Positions 11,500-23,261 of a stretch of DNA of 64,000 bases are shown here, piece after piece; the first letter of the stretch is position 1; the number at the start of each line of letters is the position of its first letter. The DNA comes from Macrostomum lignano (lineage: Eukaryota): the NCBI GenBank assembly GCA_002269645.1, contig NIVC01001688.1:185836-249835 (forward strand). The letters run 5' to 3'. The translations under genes were made by a program, and so were the position numbers. The notes below the pieces were generated by a model that worked only from the letters and a program-made list of their open reading frames with translations, ran no database searches and had not been told where the DNA came from.

Positions 11500-11885
11500 G
11501 CGTGTTGGCGTGAATACTAGCGGCCTGTTGTCTTGGTGCTAGGATCAGCGGCCTGTGGTTGCCTCGGTGCTAGGTTCAGCGGTCTGTTGTTGGTCTCGGT
11601 GCTATGATCAGTGGCTTGTTGTTGTTTAGGTGCTAGGATTAGCGGCCTGTTGTTGTCTGGGTGCTAGGTTCAGCGGTCTGTTGTTGGTCTCGGTGCTATG
11701 ATCAGTGGCTTGTTGTTGTCTTGGTGCTAGGATCAGCGGCCTGTGGTTGCCTCGGTGCTAGGTTCAGCGGTCTGTTGTTTGTCTCGGTGCTATGATCAGC
11801 GGTGAGCGGCCTATTGTTGTTTAGATGCTAGGATTCGCGGCCTGTTGTTGTCTGGCTGCTAGGATCAGCGGCCTATTGTTGTTTT
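11500..11885. repeat. About 30-bp tandem repeat (ggtgctaggatcagcggcctgttgttgtct) in the retroelement leader
   Basis: About 12 variant units directly after the PBS. Confidence 0.9.
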
Positions 11886-13630
11886 TGTGTTGTTAAAAAA
11901 GCTATCGCAAGTCCTGGCCAATCTCGACAACCTAATCGATACCCTGACGGCTCGTCTCCAGATTCAGTTGAATGTAGCCCAGCAGGTCCCGCGGCCCAAC
12001 AAGTACGTACCGTCTTAAGACTTCATTCTGTGGCTGCAACAATTCACAGTTGTGTTGCGAGGCAGCGCAGACTCCTCGGGATCAGCGACAGCAAACTTTG
12101 ATTAGCCTGTTACGTTTCGGAACAGCCTTCAAAGCGGTGACAATCGGCCTTCGAGTGCGTGGCTGCATCAATAGCGGTTTGCCAGCGGAGCGACGGCGGC
12201 TCCGAAGAATGCCTTCAAGAAGCTCCGCCAAGCATATCAACGCATGGCGCTGCCCTAAAAATTTGCGCTTGCCCTAAATATTGTCAATAACTTCATTAAA
12301 TTCATAATTCTACGAGCTAACTAACAATGTAATAAAGTAAATTTCACTATAAAAAACTCTTGCACCATATTTAAAACCACATTTGTGTCTTTTTGCATAA
12401 CGGTATGTAAGCGTGTGAACATAGCATTTCGCTGCAAGAATGCTGTATGTAATTCACACGGACAACTGTATTAAATGTTAGGAAAGAAAGTTTTCAGAAA
12501 ATTTTCATTTAATAAATAAATGTCTAATCTATGTTTGTTTGTTTGTTTGTATGTAGCGCTCTAGCGATTGAACTGACTGACTAATTTTGATCGCATTTTC
12601 GCCAAAGTCGCCAAAGCACTCAGCTAATAGAAGAGCTGCCGAGTCGATAGAAAAGCATGTAGCGCGTCTGCAAGACGCCCAGGCGCGCTCAGCTGAGCGG
12701 AGGCTGCTGAGTCGGCAGAGAAGCGGAGCGCCCGTCTGAAAGACATGCAGAAGCGTTTAAGTCTGCGATGGGCTAATGAATCAGATTGGCAACAAGCGGA
12801 GAATCTGAAATCAAGCCAATCGCGGTATCGAGCACGTCTTGCGGCGGAGCAAATCTTTAGATAGGAACTGGTTGTCATTTTTAAAAAAAAAATACAAAAG
12901 ACACATGTAGATAATTATACCTTATTTATACCTTTTCACCTTAAAATTTATATGAATGTTTCGCGTTTTACTACTCCATGATCTATATAAATCTCTGATC
13001 TATATTTTATGATGTATTGTATCTTAGTAAATCATAAAGGAAATAATTACCTACTAAATGGAATGGAAAATATTACAAATTCTTTTGCATTTCCTTTAAA
13101 TTCGAAAATTTCTTTCCTTCTATTTCTTTCTATCCCAATGCGCTATAACCTGCCCTAGGCTAACGAGGTGGGCATACTCGTGGGAGTAATTGGAGATGTC
13201 GCTTCCAACAGGGCAATTACTTTCTCGTGACGTAGTTATTGAGCTTCAACGGCCCGATGAAGACCGCAGGCATCTGCTCTCAATGTCTGTGACGCATCGA
13301 TTGTATGATGCCCTGCAGTACGTGCTGTTCCTGCCATATGGACAGGACAGGTGGCATCCAGAATTGAGGATGACAAACGGCGGCAAGCTGACACCCCGCA
13401 AATACTACGCCAGCGAGATCATGGTGCGGCCTGGCCAGTTCAATGCGCTTCACTGCGGCCGCCGCCTGCTACAGCAGTACCTGGTGGATCAATGCTCGAA
13501 GATCGAGGGCGAGAGACTGACTTATCTCCGCACCCACCAGGACGACCTCCGCAGCGAGACCTACATGGGCCTGCGTGCTGCCCTGTTTGCAGAGGACTGG
13601 TTGCGGAGTGCAGCGAATCCCAATGAGGTC

Positions 13631-14000
13631 AGTAGTAGGAAAATGGTACCCTCTGGCGCACGTCGCTGATTGGCTGGCAGCGAGGGGGAGCCAATCAGCA
13701 ATGAGGAGGCCCCGGAGGCGGGGCGGGGCAGGCCGGAGGTAGGCGCGGGGAAGGCCGGAGGCGGGGCAGGCCGAGGGAGGGGCAGGCCCAGGGATGAGGT
13801 CGTGCAGGCCAAGAGTGGGGTCGGGCAGGTCGGATGAGGGGTCGAGCAAGCCTAGGGGTGGGGTCGAGCAGCCAAGGGTGGGGTCGAGCATGCCCACAGG
13901 TGAGGAGCAGGCCAGATGAGGGGTCGGGCAGCTGAGTGTCTGGGTGAGTGTCCAAAGGTGAGTGTCTTCTACCGCGTGTTGTGACACGCAATACATTTGA
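13631..14000 (+). mobile_element. Putative Polinton/Maverick-like terminus
   Basis: Helitron homology stops at 13630 and the new sequence begins AGTAGTAG; GC-rich, with the stem gctgattggct/agccaatcagc and five ggggtcg(g/a)gca subrepeats; no partner TIR in the window. Confidence 0.45.
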
Positions 14001-14149
14001 AGTGATTTCCTCGGAATTTTCGAGTAATGTGTGAAAGGGATTCTATTGGTCGAGAGGTCCTGTCGGTCCGAGCACGATTTGGTTGGCCAACACACCCCGC
14101 GGGAGAAGGGGTCCAGTACCCTATATAAGCAAAACACCTTGCGTTCGCT

Positions 14150-14800
14150 ATGCTTCATGCAATTTCTTTAAAACGATTAATCTTTTCGATTGGGTTCAAA
14201 GAACTACATGTATTACATGGTTATCGAATCAGCCTGATGCCGGACACACGTACCATCAATATAAGAAAGTGGTTCAAGTCTGGCGAGGATCCTATCGGCC
14301 AGGTCTGCCCGGCATGGAGCTCATCATCCATCAATTCCGACACCTGGCCAGATTGAAAGAACGATTGAAGGAGTTCGCTGACAGGAAACGCGATGCACAA
14401 TGCCTTCTGAGTGGCAACAGGCAAGTGGTGGTCAAAGATGGTACCATCTCACTTTAGCGCTTTTCAACAGTGCTCGGGGCCCATGCTGCACTTAAGACAT
14501 GCCCTGCCGCTACCAACAGAGCAATGGCGACAGCTGTGGCAACACAGCCAATGGATATTGGAAGAACTCGAAAGACCAGGTGGCTTGGAAACTACCCGTT
14601 GGAGTGCGCGGAGTAGGCGTCAAAACTCGATGGACCAGCTGGTGATGTGGCCAGAGACGCAGCTAGCAGAGTGGGATGACCATTGGGAGGCATGGCAGGC
14701 AGTCCAGACCGAGTTCCAAAAAAGCTATGAGTCATCAGCGGAGCCCAGCAAGCAAGCGGAAACTCCCACACCACCAAGGAAGCGTGCGCGCAAGAATTGA
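14150..14800 (+). pseudogene. Intronless tandem PC4/Sub1-like ssDNA-binding protein with C-terminal NLS-like tail (two frameshifts)
   Basis: TATA (ctatataagc, 14121-14130) then ATG at 14150; repeat 1 TINIRKWFKSGE/GSYRPGLPGMELIIHQFRHL; repeat 2 LSGNRQVVVKDGTISL/SAFQQCSGPMLHLRHALPLPTEQWRQL; both resemble PC4 IDIREYW...KPGRKGISLNPEQWSQL; ends PPRKRARKN. Confidence 0.7.
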
Positions 14801-14849
14801 CTTTTCTTTCTCTCACTGTGCATAGTCGTTTCGGGCCATAATACTTACC

Positions 14850-15518
14850 CATAGATCCCAGGGCATTTCCTTGTTTACATACATTCTGCGCTCAGTGCAT
14901 CAATGGCTTGCCACGAATCCAACAACAACTGATTATTCCTTGCCCAATGTGCAGAAACCGTAATCAATTATCTGATCCCGTGGCACTGCCTAAAAACATT
15001 TACTTTGAACAGCTTATGTCAGTACTTGTCTTTCGGCTCGCAGCCATCAATGCCATCCAGATCGGAACAGACTGACGCTGAATCATTCGCTAAAATATAC
15101 AGTGGTACTATTAGGGTGACTGAGGCTCTCTCCCCTAATCAGCTCTATTGGCTATTGCATCCTACCAGGCGCGCAATCTCCACAGCCCTTACCTAGGGAA
15201 ATCTCAAGTATGATTAGCCTAGCAGATTCTGGCGACTTCCCGGTCAGTTCGATTTATGTCGGCCGCTTTTCGCGTGCATTGTCGCATAATGCAGATCGAT
15301 ATTATCGCATGCGAATTCTGAGTTTTAATAATTATACCAAGACGACTACAGTGCTGCTAGTCGATTTCGGACGGGTTGACCATTCCAAACCGCTATCTGA
15401 GATTTATCGACTCAGCACCATCAACCCTATGCTGGTATCAATAATGAATGCGCCGGAACGTGAAATCTGCTGCAATCTCCGTGGCATTTGCCACCTGCCC
15501 ACCGTGGGTAGCAGCTGA
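14850..15518 (+). pseudogene. Intronless RING-HC plus extended Tudor domain gene (frameshifted)
   Basis: DPRAFPCLHTFCAQCI...IPCPMCRN...VALPKNIYFEQL (TRIM-type RING; first CxxC decayed); then IRVTEALSPNQLYW ... YVGRF...DRYYRMRILS...VLLVDFG...IYRL...ICCNLRGI (extended Tudor). Confidence 0.75.
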
Positions 15519-16939
15519 AGCTACCCGTTTTCTACGATGTTTTGCTTTTGACCCGAGCTCTACCGTGTCGACCGTGAAGCCAGGGGACCTACCAGACATT
15601 GTCACCCGCGTGTTTGAGCTGAAGAAAAATGCTCAATAAATTATTTGGGCAAGTCTCTGCGCACTTTTGCTCTTTGTAGTACCAAAAACACGGTGAGTCT
15701 GTTGCAGCAGATAAATTTACTTTATGCAGCTGCTTTGAATGTCCTTGGAGATTTGTTGCTTGGAGATTAATTTTTAGATTAACTTTCCTCTAAAGTAACA
15801 GCTGGTTCTGCTATTAACTGTCACCCAGGTCTTCCGCATGCCCACATATTGCTGTGGCTGGCCAGCAGGCATCGTGTGACCCCTGACCGATACGATGAGA
15901 TCGTCTCAGCGGAGATTCCAGATCCCCGAATTCAGCCAGTGCTGCACGAGCTGGTCAAGACGCACATGCTCCACGGGCCATGTGGCGATGTGAACCCGCG
16001 CTGTTCCTGCATGGAGAACGGCAAGTGCAGTAAAGGCTTTCCGAAGGAGTTCCTGCCAGCCACACTGGTCAACGACGCAGGCTCCGCACTACAGGAGGCG
16101 CCCCCTAGAAATGGGAGGATTCGAGGTGCAAAAAATGTTTAGAGGCCGATTTTCCTATGGACAATCGGTGCGACCTACATGTTATTCGTCCAGTTCTTAC
16201 TCGTATTTATATACTAATGCAAGTTAACTCTTAGGTACATTTTTCATCGATTAAAGCAACTACGGAAGTTGCATTTTTACTGCAATCGCTTGTTCACTTA
16301 CTCATTATCGATCCATTCACTCATCCTGAATTTTAGTCCCAATCACAGCGACTTCCTATTTCCCACCTCTCATTTCGTATTCAATGTCTCAGGTTTGTTG
16401 TGCCATACAATCCAACCCTCCTACTTGAGTTTTCATGCCATAAGAATGTGGAAGTCTGCGCCACGGTCAAGTCAGTCAAGTACGTCATCAAGTATTTGCT
16501 GAAGAGTGGCGATACGACCTTACGAGTAAAACGAGCGCCAGGTGGTGCTGAGTCGGCAGAGCAGCAGGGGAAGGAATCTTCAGCTCCGAAAGCGCACGAT
16601 GAAATCAGCGACTACTTGACTGCCCGAAATATCGGCCCAATAGAGGCGGTTAATACAATTTTAGGATTTGGTGAATTACGTAATGATTTTCTGAAGCTTC
16701 GTTGCTTGTTTTGCAAGTTGGTATTTTATGCTCGTATATATTATTTTATAGCCTCTTAAATCGATGAAATATATGCTTAACTTTATTATCGATTTTTAAC
16801 CGGTTACAAAAAAGATTCCCTCTTAAAAACATTTTTCACAATAATTAATGATTGCTCTATGATATGGGATTACGATGAAATTTATCGCTTCGGACTCAAT
16901 CACGCAAAACTACATTTTAGGACTGCCGTTTATGCTAAT

Positions 16940-17956
16940 TGTTGTAGCCTGCGCCACAATAACCTTCTCCTCAACCTTTTGGTGCATGTGAACCGCCCAG
17001 TCTGTCGCCCTAGCCGGTTCTGTCTGGTTTGAGCCGGTTCAGCCCGATTTTGGTTTTGGGCAGCCGGATTGGCTGGCTGGGCCGGCAGACCCTCTCTTTT
17101 CTACCCCCCCCCTCGTGGAGCCTTACCCAGCGCGTGTTTTGATTGGCTGGGCTAGAGTGGGGTGCTCGCGGGGTTCTGTTTTGTGTGCGTTTGCGCTCAG
17201 GCCGGTTTGGCCCACTCCCCCATTTTCTGCATACTATTTATTAGCTAGCTTGGAGCCGGCCGGTGGCACGCGCGTTTTTGTGGTTAGGGCTAAACCAGCT
17301 ACTGAGTAGTAAAACTACTGTAAAAGTACAATAAACTGCACGAGCCCGGTGAATCATCGAACAGTGCATTACCAGCTAATACGTGCCACCCGCCGTCTTC
17401 GAGCTGCCAATCCAATTATCACGGCTAAATAGACTGCGCTATATGAGTCGATTCGACCCCGCCCGGTGAGCTAAAATTACGTTTGTTCGGGTTGCGTTCG
17501 CGTTTTTTTGGGTCTCTCTGCACGTGTCTCCCATCCATCCTCGCCGCCTCATCGCTTCACCAACTCACCTCCTCGCTCACCTGCACTCTTCGATTGGCTT
17601 GGAGTGTCTGTACGCCCCAGCCAATCCATCACCTCGTATCTCTTGATTGGTCCGGAGTGTCTGTACGCCCCGGCCAATCCCTAAAATTCACCTCGGTGAC
17701 TCCCGGGCCAGCTCTGAGTGGCTATCCACTCCGCTGACCGCGGCAGTACCCCGAGCCTTCCGTGACCGAGGAGTGTCTGTGCGCCCCCAATCTCTCCCTC
17801 TTCCCCTCGGAGTGGCCATCCGCCTCGAGGAGCGCCGGTCGTTCGCCTTCTGTCCATCCCTCCGCCGCGCACCCCGGGGCAGTCCCGCACCGAACCCGCT
17901 ACCCCGGGAAAACAAAACGACCGGGCCAGACGAGATTCCAGCCCGCGAGTTCAACA
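16940..17956 (+). mobile_element. Solo LTR inside a Helitron A intron
   Basis: Termini TGTTG...CAACA; 5-bp TSD CTAAT at 16935-16939 and 17957-17961; AATAAA near 17330. Confidence 0.85.
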
Positions 17957-18897
17957 CTAATCAATTTCCTTTATGCAGACGGGCTCTTATTCCTCTTCGG
18001 AATTTACGAGCTAGCTACATGAAACTGCCACATTCCAATCCATCAGGTTCGCAACAGATTTCCTGCTGTCATTCACATCTGCGTGCACGAGCGAAACAAG
18101 CAGCTGGTGTATTTCAATGAAGCCACTGCAAGCGCCAGGGCGTGGGCGCCAAGGGATTCGATGCTAACAGCACTCTTCAAGCTGTGTAAAACCGACGAGT
18201 TCGCTAGGACCCTGCTGTACACTGAGGTGGCATCTTACTTCACCTGGCACAAGGGACGAGCCAAGCGTGGCGTGGAGGTCGATAGACATCCTGGCGTGAG
18301 GCGCAGCACCAACATCTCGCGTATGTACACCGTGTCTTCAAGAGCGGGAGAGCTGTTCTTCATTCGTCTACTACTGCTTCACATGCGAGGACGAACCAGC
18401 TACGAGGCACTGCGAACTGTAGGCGGCATTCTGCACGCTGATGCAAGAGCTGCGTGCATGGTTATTGGCTTGCTACAGCGAGATGATCACTGGTACAGGT
18501 GCTTGAGGAGGCTGTGCAATCGCGGATGCCCAGAGCTGTGAGACACCTGCTTGCGGTGATCCTCGAGTGGGGCGAGCCGCAAGACGGCGAGAATCTCTGG
18601 ACAAGCTTTGCTGAGGACCTTTGCGAGGATCTGCGATTCCGCTACCCGGATTTGAGCGTCGATGAGATGACTGACTTGGGTCTGCATGAGGTGCAGAAGA
18701 TTTTGACGTCCGTGGGCGGCTGCAGCTTGCCAGAGTACGGGCTGCCTGCTGCCTCTGCCGCACCCCAGGCTGAACCGATGGAATTCGACATGGCCGAGCA
18801 AGTCTGATACAGCGAACCAGCTGATACAGCGAACCAGCTGATACAGCGAGTAATAAAACAGAATGCTAGACTGCTAGAATATCTATAATAGTTTACT

Positions 18898-19854
18898 TGA
18901 TGTAACCGCCCTTGATGACCGTCTGCTCAGCGGGGAGGAGAGCGACTGACTATAAGGGGCAATGACCGTAGGCTGCCTATGACCGGGCAATGACCTGACG
19001 GACCTCCAGCACCAGACAGTCCCGCCCGCATGATTGATAGCTTTGGTAGCGCTTTCGTGACAAGAGGGCCAAGGACCCATATGGACCCCACCTGTAGCCA
19101 AGGTGCAATAATTGGTCATGACCGAGTGGTTGCCACCACTCTATGTAACCAGGCGCACCTGGATCTTACGAACAGACCTTTCGAGGCTAGAGCCCCGCCT
19201 GGATTAGTTACCAGGGGATTTAGGCTAACAGCGGAGACGCATGCAGCCGAGTACAGGGACTCTGCTTGGGGCATGATCTGGAACTCTAGGCTCAATCTAG
19301 AGGATTTCTCAGCAGGGGATCCTTTGGCTGTGAACGAGGCGGACTTGCGGCTTCAATTACTAAGAGTAGTGTGAGATGAACATGTACTAGCTATAGTTTA
19401 GATTGCTCAGGGCGAAGGGACGCGTAAGCATGGGTTTGCAACCTTCCTGCTGCCATTCTGTGCCGCGACCCGCTACTTCCCTCTACTGCCAGCACATACG
19501 GACCCGCAGCACCCACACACAGGCGGGCTTTGCACGGGGAGAGGCCATTAGCTTACCCAAACTTCCTTATGCTTTGCCACCCAGGGAGAAAGGCTTAGCA
19601 AGCCATGAGTGAAATGATGGTGAAAGTGCGAAAAATGAGGAGTTTAGTAATGGTTAATGATTAGGCCCTTAATCAAAATAAACAGGCAATTAGGCGGCTT
19701 CACTATTGAGTAAAAAATACAGCAAAGATACGGTAACACAATTGGCTCAGCTCTCTAATCAAGCAATGGGAAATAAGCAAACTTCGGATAAGCAAAGGCA
19801 ATTAGAGCAAAAATCAGTACAGGAACTCACCGGCGGCTGCACAGAGAGAGAGAA

Positions 19855-19886
<32 letters not shown>

Positions 19887-21097
19887 CGATGGAGTGACCT
19901 AGGGCGGCTGTAGACGGCGGACAGGCAGGTAGTGAAGCGGCGATGCGCTGAGGCGACTAGGCGCTGATGTAGCTCAGGCGATGCTGAGGATGCTTGGCGG
20001 TATCAGACCGGGCCGGCAGGCGAGCTCGCTTGGGGAGCTAAAGGAACTCGGCGGTATCAGACCGAGGGCCGGCAGAAGTTCGTCCTTTTGACGAAGGGGG
20101 GTCAGACCGGCGTCTGACGGCAAGTCCAAAGATAACACGAGAAGGACCAAAGTCGCAAGAGATAAGAGTTATTAAGGGTTCTCAAGCCGAAAATCGCTTC
20201 CTTAAATAGTCCTCACGGCCGCCGCTCCAAGGTCGTTTCCATGACTCCCTCTCTCTGATTGGCTGCCGGGAAAATGACGTCAGAATGAGTCATGATGAAA
20301 AGCATGAGAACGGCATAGCAACATGAGAAATGGGGAAATTGCGCAATCCGGAGGAGGGGTGGGGGTTAATGAGCACAGCGGGGGTCGAAGAAGTGTTGCG
20401 CAAGCCAACATTGAGAACAATGGGATCCAGACCGAGAACAAAGGAAATGGAAATTGGGGATGATTGGGGAGAACCGAGAACAATAGAAAAGTAAACATTG
20501 GAGAAAATGTGATAATTAGGTGCGAAAACGAGAACAAAAGAATAAAAAACTACAACAATAGGAGCGGAGGAGGGTGGGTGTCACATGAGAAATATTGAGA
20601 AGAGAACGATAGCATGAGGGGCTCAAAACGGGGCTCAATCCCAAACGTTGCGCAAGAGGGGGTGATGAGTCATCGGAGTGAGGGAGGGGTCAGAAGCCTT
20701 GCGTCACCGTTTGGGATTCTAAAAGGAGATGGGGCGATGGTGAACTTAGGCAATACTGTAAGTAAGCACGGGATGAGAAGGGGAGAGCGCAAGAAAAATG
20801 GGCTAAAACATGATGAGAAACATGAGAAGCATGAGAAGTACATGATAAATGGGGTGGGGCACGTGAAAAATGGGGAAGGCAAACGAGGTGCACGAAAAAA
20901 GGGGCTCCGGAAAGGCACGTGTGGCTGAGTCGGAGACGGAACCGAGACAGCAGGGGGATGCAACAGAGCGGAAGTTTTTTGGCCTGGTCAGGGACCCGGC
21001 CCAGTCTCTACAGCTCTGCCCGGTGGATCAAAGGAGATCTGGGAGATTCCGAAAAATTTCCCCCACCAGATCCCGCGACCAGAGCGTGGTTACATCA
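18898..21097 (-). mobile_element. 2.2-kb solo LTR (probably Gypsy type)
   Basis: 10-bp terminal inverted repeat TGATGTAACC...GGTTACATCA; 4-bp TSD TACT at 18894-18897 and 21098-21101; homologous to 60130-62343. Confidence 0.92.
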
Positions 21098-22842
21098 TAC
21101 TGAAAAAAATAGAGACCGTGGACCTGACTTTGCGGGATGTCCGAAGACAGAATGCTTCGTTCGGAGGAATCGTGCTGGTGTGCGGAGGCGATTTCCGCAA
21201 GCTGCTTCCTGTTGTTCGAAATGGAACTCTGGCAACAATTTCGAGGCGTGCGTGAGCAGATCCAGCCTGTGAAAACCGTTTCAGCGGCACCGCATCACCA
21301 CAAATATCCACCTGCTGAGCAGTTTAGATTTTGCTTTGTTCCAGCTCTACTCGCAATTTCTGATGCAGGTGAGGGTATGAAATGATCTATAAGCTCGAGA
21401 AAATCGGAGTTGCGCTGGATTTATGAATTCAAGGCGGTCCAAATGTTAACCTTTTGCTGAGCTGTAAGACTTTGCTATTATAAATTAGTGATTTACGGAA
21501 TCAATTAGTGATGCGGACTCCGACGGCAACGTTTCTCTTCCGGCAGAGATCATAATACCTGCAGGTGCCACAGTGAAGGACCTGATTAAGCTTGTGTACC
21601 CTTCTTTTGAGGCAACGGATGAGAGAGACGGCTATTTTGCTAGCCAGGCGATCCTGGCGCCGTATAATGAGTCGGTTGACGCCATCAACCATGAATGCCT
21701 GGCCATGTTTTCTTGTGGCAGTCTGTGCGAGTACCGCTCTATTGACAGCGTGGCGGATGACGACGCTGCCTCACACTTTCTTCCAGAGCTGTAAACAGAA
21801 ATAATGCGAACTATGCGGACGGATGCTAGCAGCGACCAAATATGGCAAGGCACGGGAGTTGCGGCACGTAGAGACGGCCCGGGACCCATGCCTCACGACG
21901 ACAAAAAGGTAAAAGGAAAGGAGAGGAGCTGCTCAACCAACTGGAGGCATCGAACCTGCCAAAGCACCTGCTCAGGTTTAAAGGAGGCATGCCGGTGGTG
22001 ATGCTTCGAAACATTAATTCGCCCTGGCTGTGCACCGGCATGCAGCTGATCGTCCAGGCCCTCGGGGACAACGTGCGGCGCTGCGAGGTGGCGGCTGGTC
22101 AATTTGCAGGCGATGAAATCCTGCTGCATCGAATTCCGCTGCAGCCGAACAATACGGACGTGCCGATCCGCTTTAAGCGACTGCAGTTCCCGGTGGGGCC
22201 GAGCTTCTGCCTGACAGTGCGCAAGTCTCAGGGCCAGTCGCTGAAGACCGTCGGCAGCATCGATCTGGTCGAGGGCTGCTTTGCCCACGGGCAGCTTTAC
22301 ACCATTTTGTTCCGGGAAAAGAATGCAGCGAATGTTCGTGTTCGAATTTCTGGTAACAAAACGCGAAACATTGTGTACGCAGAGGTTTTATCTGCAAACT
22401 ACGCATATAAATGCGAGTTAATTTTTTATCACGAGCCAAAAATGTGAGGTGTATAACGGCATAAAATTGCGTATACTAACGTTAACGAGAGAGCATCAAT
22501 CGTGATGCTTAAAAAAACTACAGCTCTAATGGGGTACAACAGGGAGATGGACAATTTGCTGCAACCAGTTCGTGTTTATGTTAGTGTTCGCGAGATGAAG
22601 CTACGCCAACCAAATTGTTCAAAATGCTGTGCTGCAATGTTTGTGGGTTGTTCGTAAGTCCCATGGCCAATAGTTGGGGGCAGTCTTAATCAACTATAAA
22701 AAAAACTAGAACTAAAACTAGAAAAAAATTGCTATCGCACAACATTCTATCTTAAGCATTGAGTCAAAGAGGGCCACTTGTAGCTTGCATAGTTAAATAC
22801 TTTGAGCTTGCTTTTCCAGCCTCCAAGCTTCAAAACAGCGCA

Positions 22843-23170
22843 ATGGCTTCGAAAGATAACGATAACTACGAGAATGATTCTAAACGGCGGAGACTATCGA
22901 TCGAGGGCCTACGACCTGGCTGCATGTAATCTGCGATTACTGGTCGAGTGAGTGAACATCCTTCGGAAGTCAAAAGCTTTACCAATGCCACAGGACGAGG
23001 CCAGCTATTCTCTTTCATTATGAGTGACGACACTGGAGAGATTCGGGTAATTGAGTTTTGCAAAGATATTCGTGCTCATCGAGACATATGTGAATATGGT
23101 TAGATTGTTTGTATTTCTAATGGAGATGTAAAAACTTGCAAATCCGACGTACAACAAAACGAATAACTTT
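22843..23170 (+). pseudogene. RPA70-like OB-fold (DBD-A) pseudogene just downstream of the Helitron A helicase
   Basis: MASKDND...SIEGLRPGCM*SAITGRVSEHPSEVKSFTNATGRGQLFSFIMSDDTGEIRV...DVKTCK; not in the ORF track because of in-frame stops; paralog of 30270. Confidence 0.75.
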
Positions 23171-23261
23171 TAAATTAACATGTTAGTCAACTTTAAAGGA
23201 AAAATTTTCCGCAGCAGTGAGGCCGTAGTTTTCTTGCCCGTAAGTGTGCCCCTTTAGGGGG

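Larger units (their letters stand above)
12640..22400 (+). mobile_element. Helitron A: fragmented, intron-containing RepHel pseudogene with nested insertions
   Basis: N-terminal AESxExRxARL repeats (12640-12850); YNLP*ANEV...LQQYLVDQCSKIEGERLTYLR (13140-13630); PDIVTRVFE, YQK.|GLPHAHILLW HUH motif (15575-16170); VKYVIKYLLK Y2 motif (16393-16672); RMYTV..GELFFIRLLL (18048-18810); Pif1 motifs FGGIVLVCGGDFRKLLPV (21110-21270), MPVVMLRNI, RLQFPV, KSQGQSL, FAHGQLY (21540-22400). Confidence 0.92.

Noticed and set aside
16943-18019. Alternative LTR boundaries TGTAGC...GCTACA
   Set aside because: No TSD; the 16940-17956 boundaries give a 5-bp TSD and were preferred
19030-19374. 114-aa ORF inside the 2.2-kb LTR
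   Set aside because: The frame is not preserved in the second LTR copy at 60250-60600
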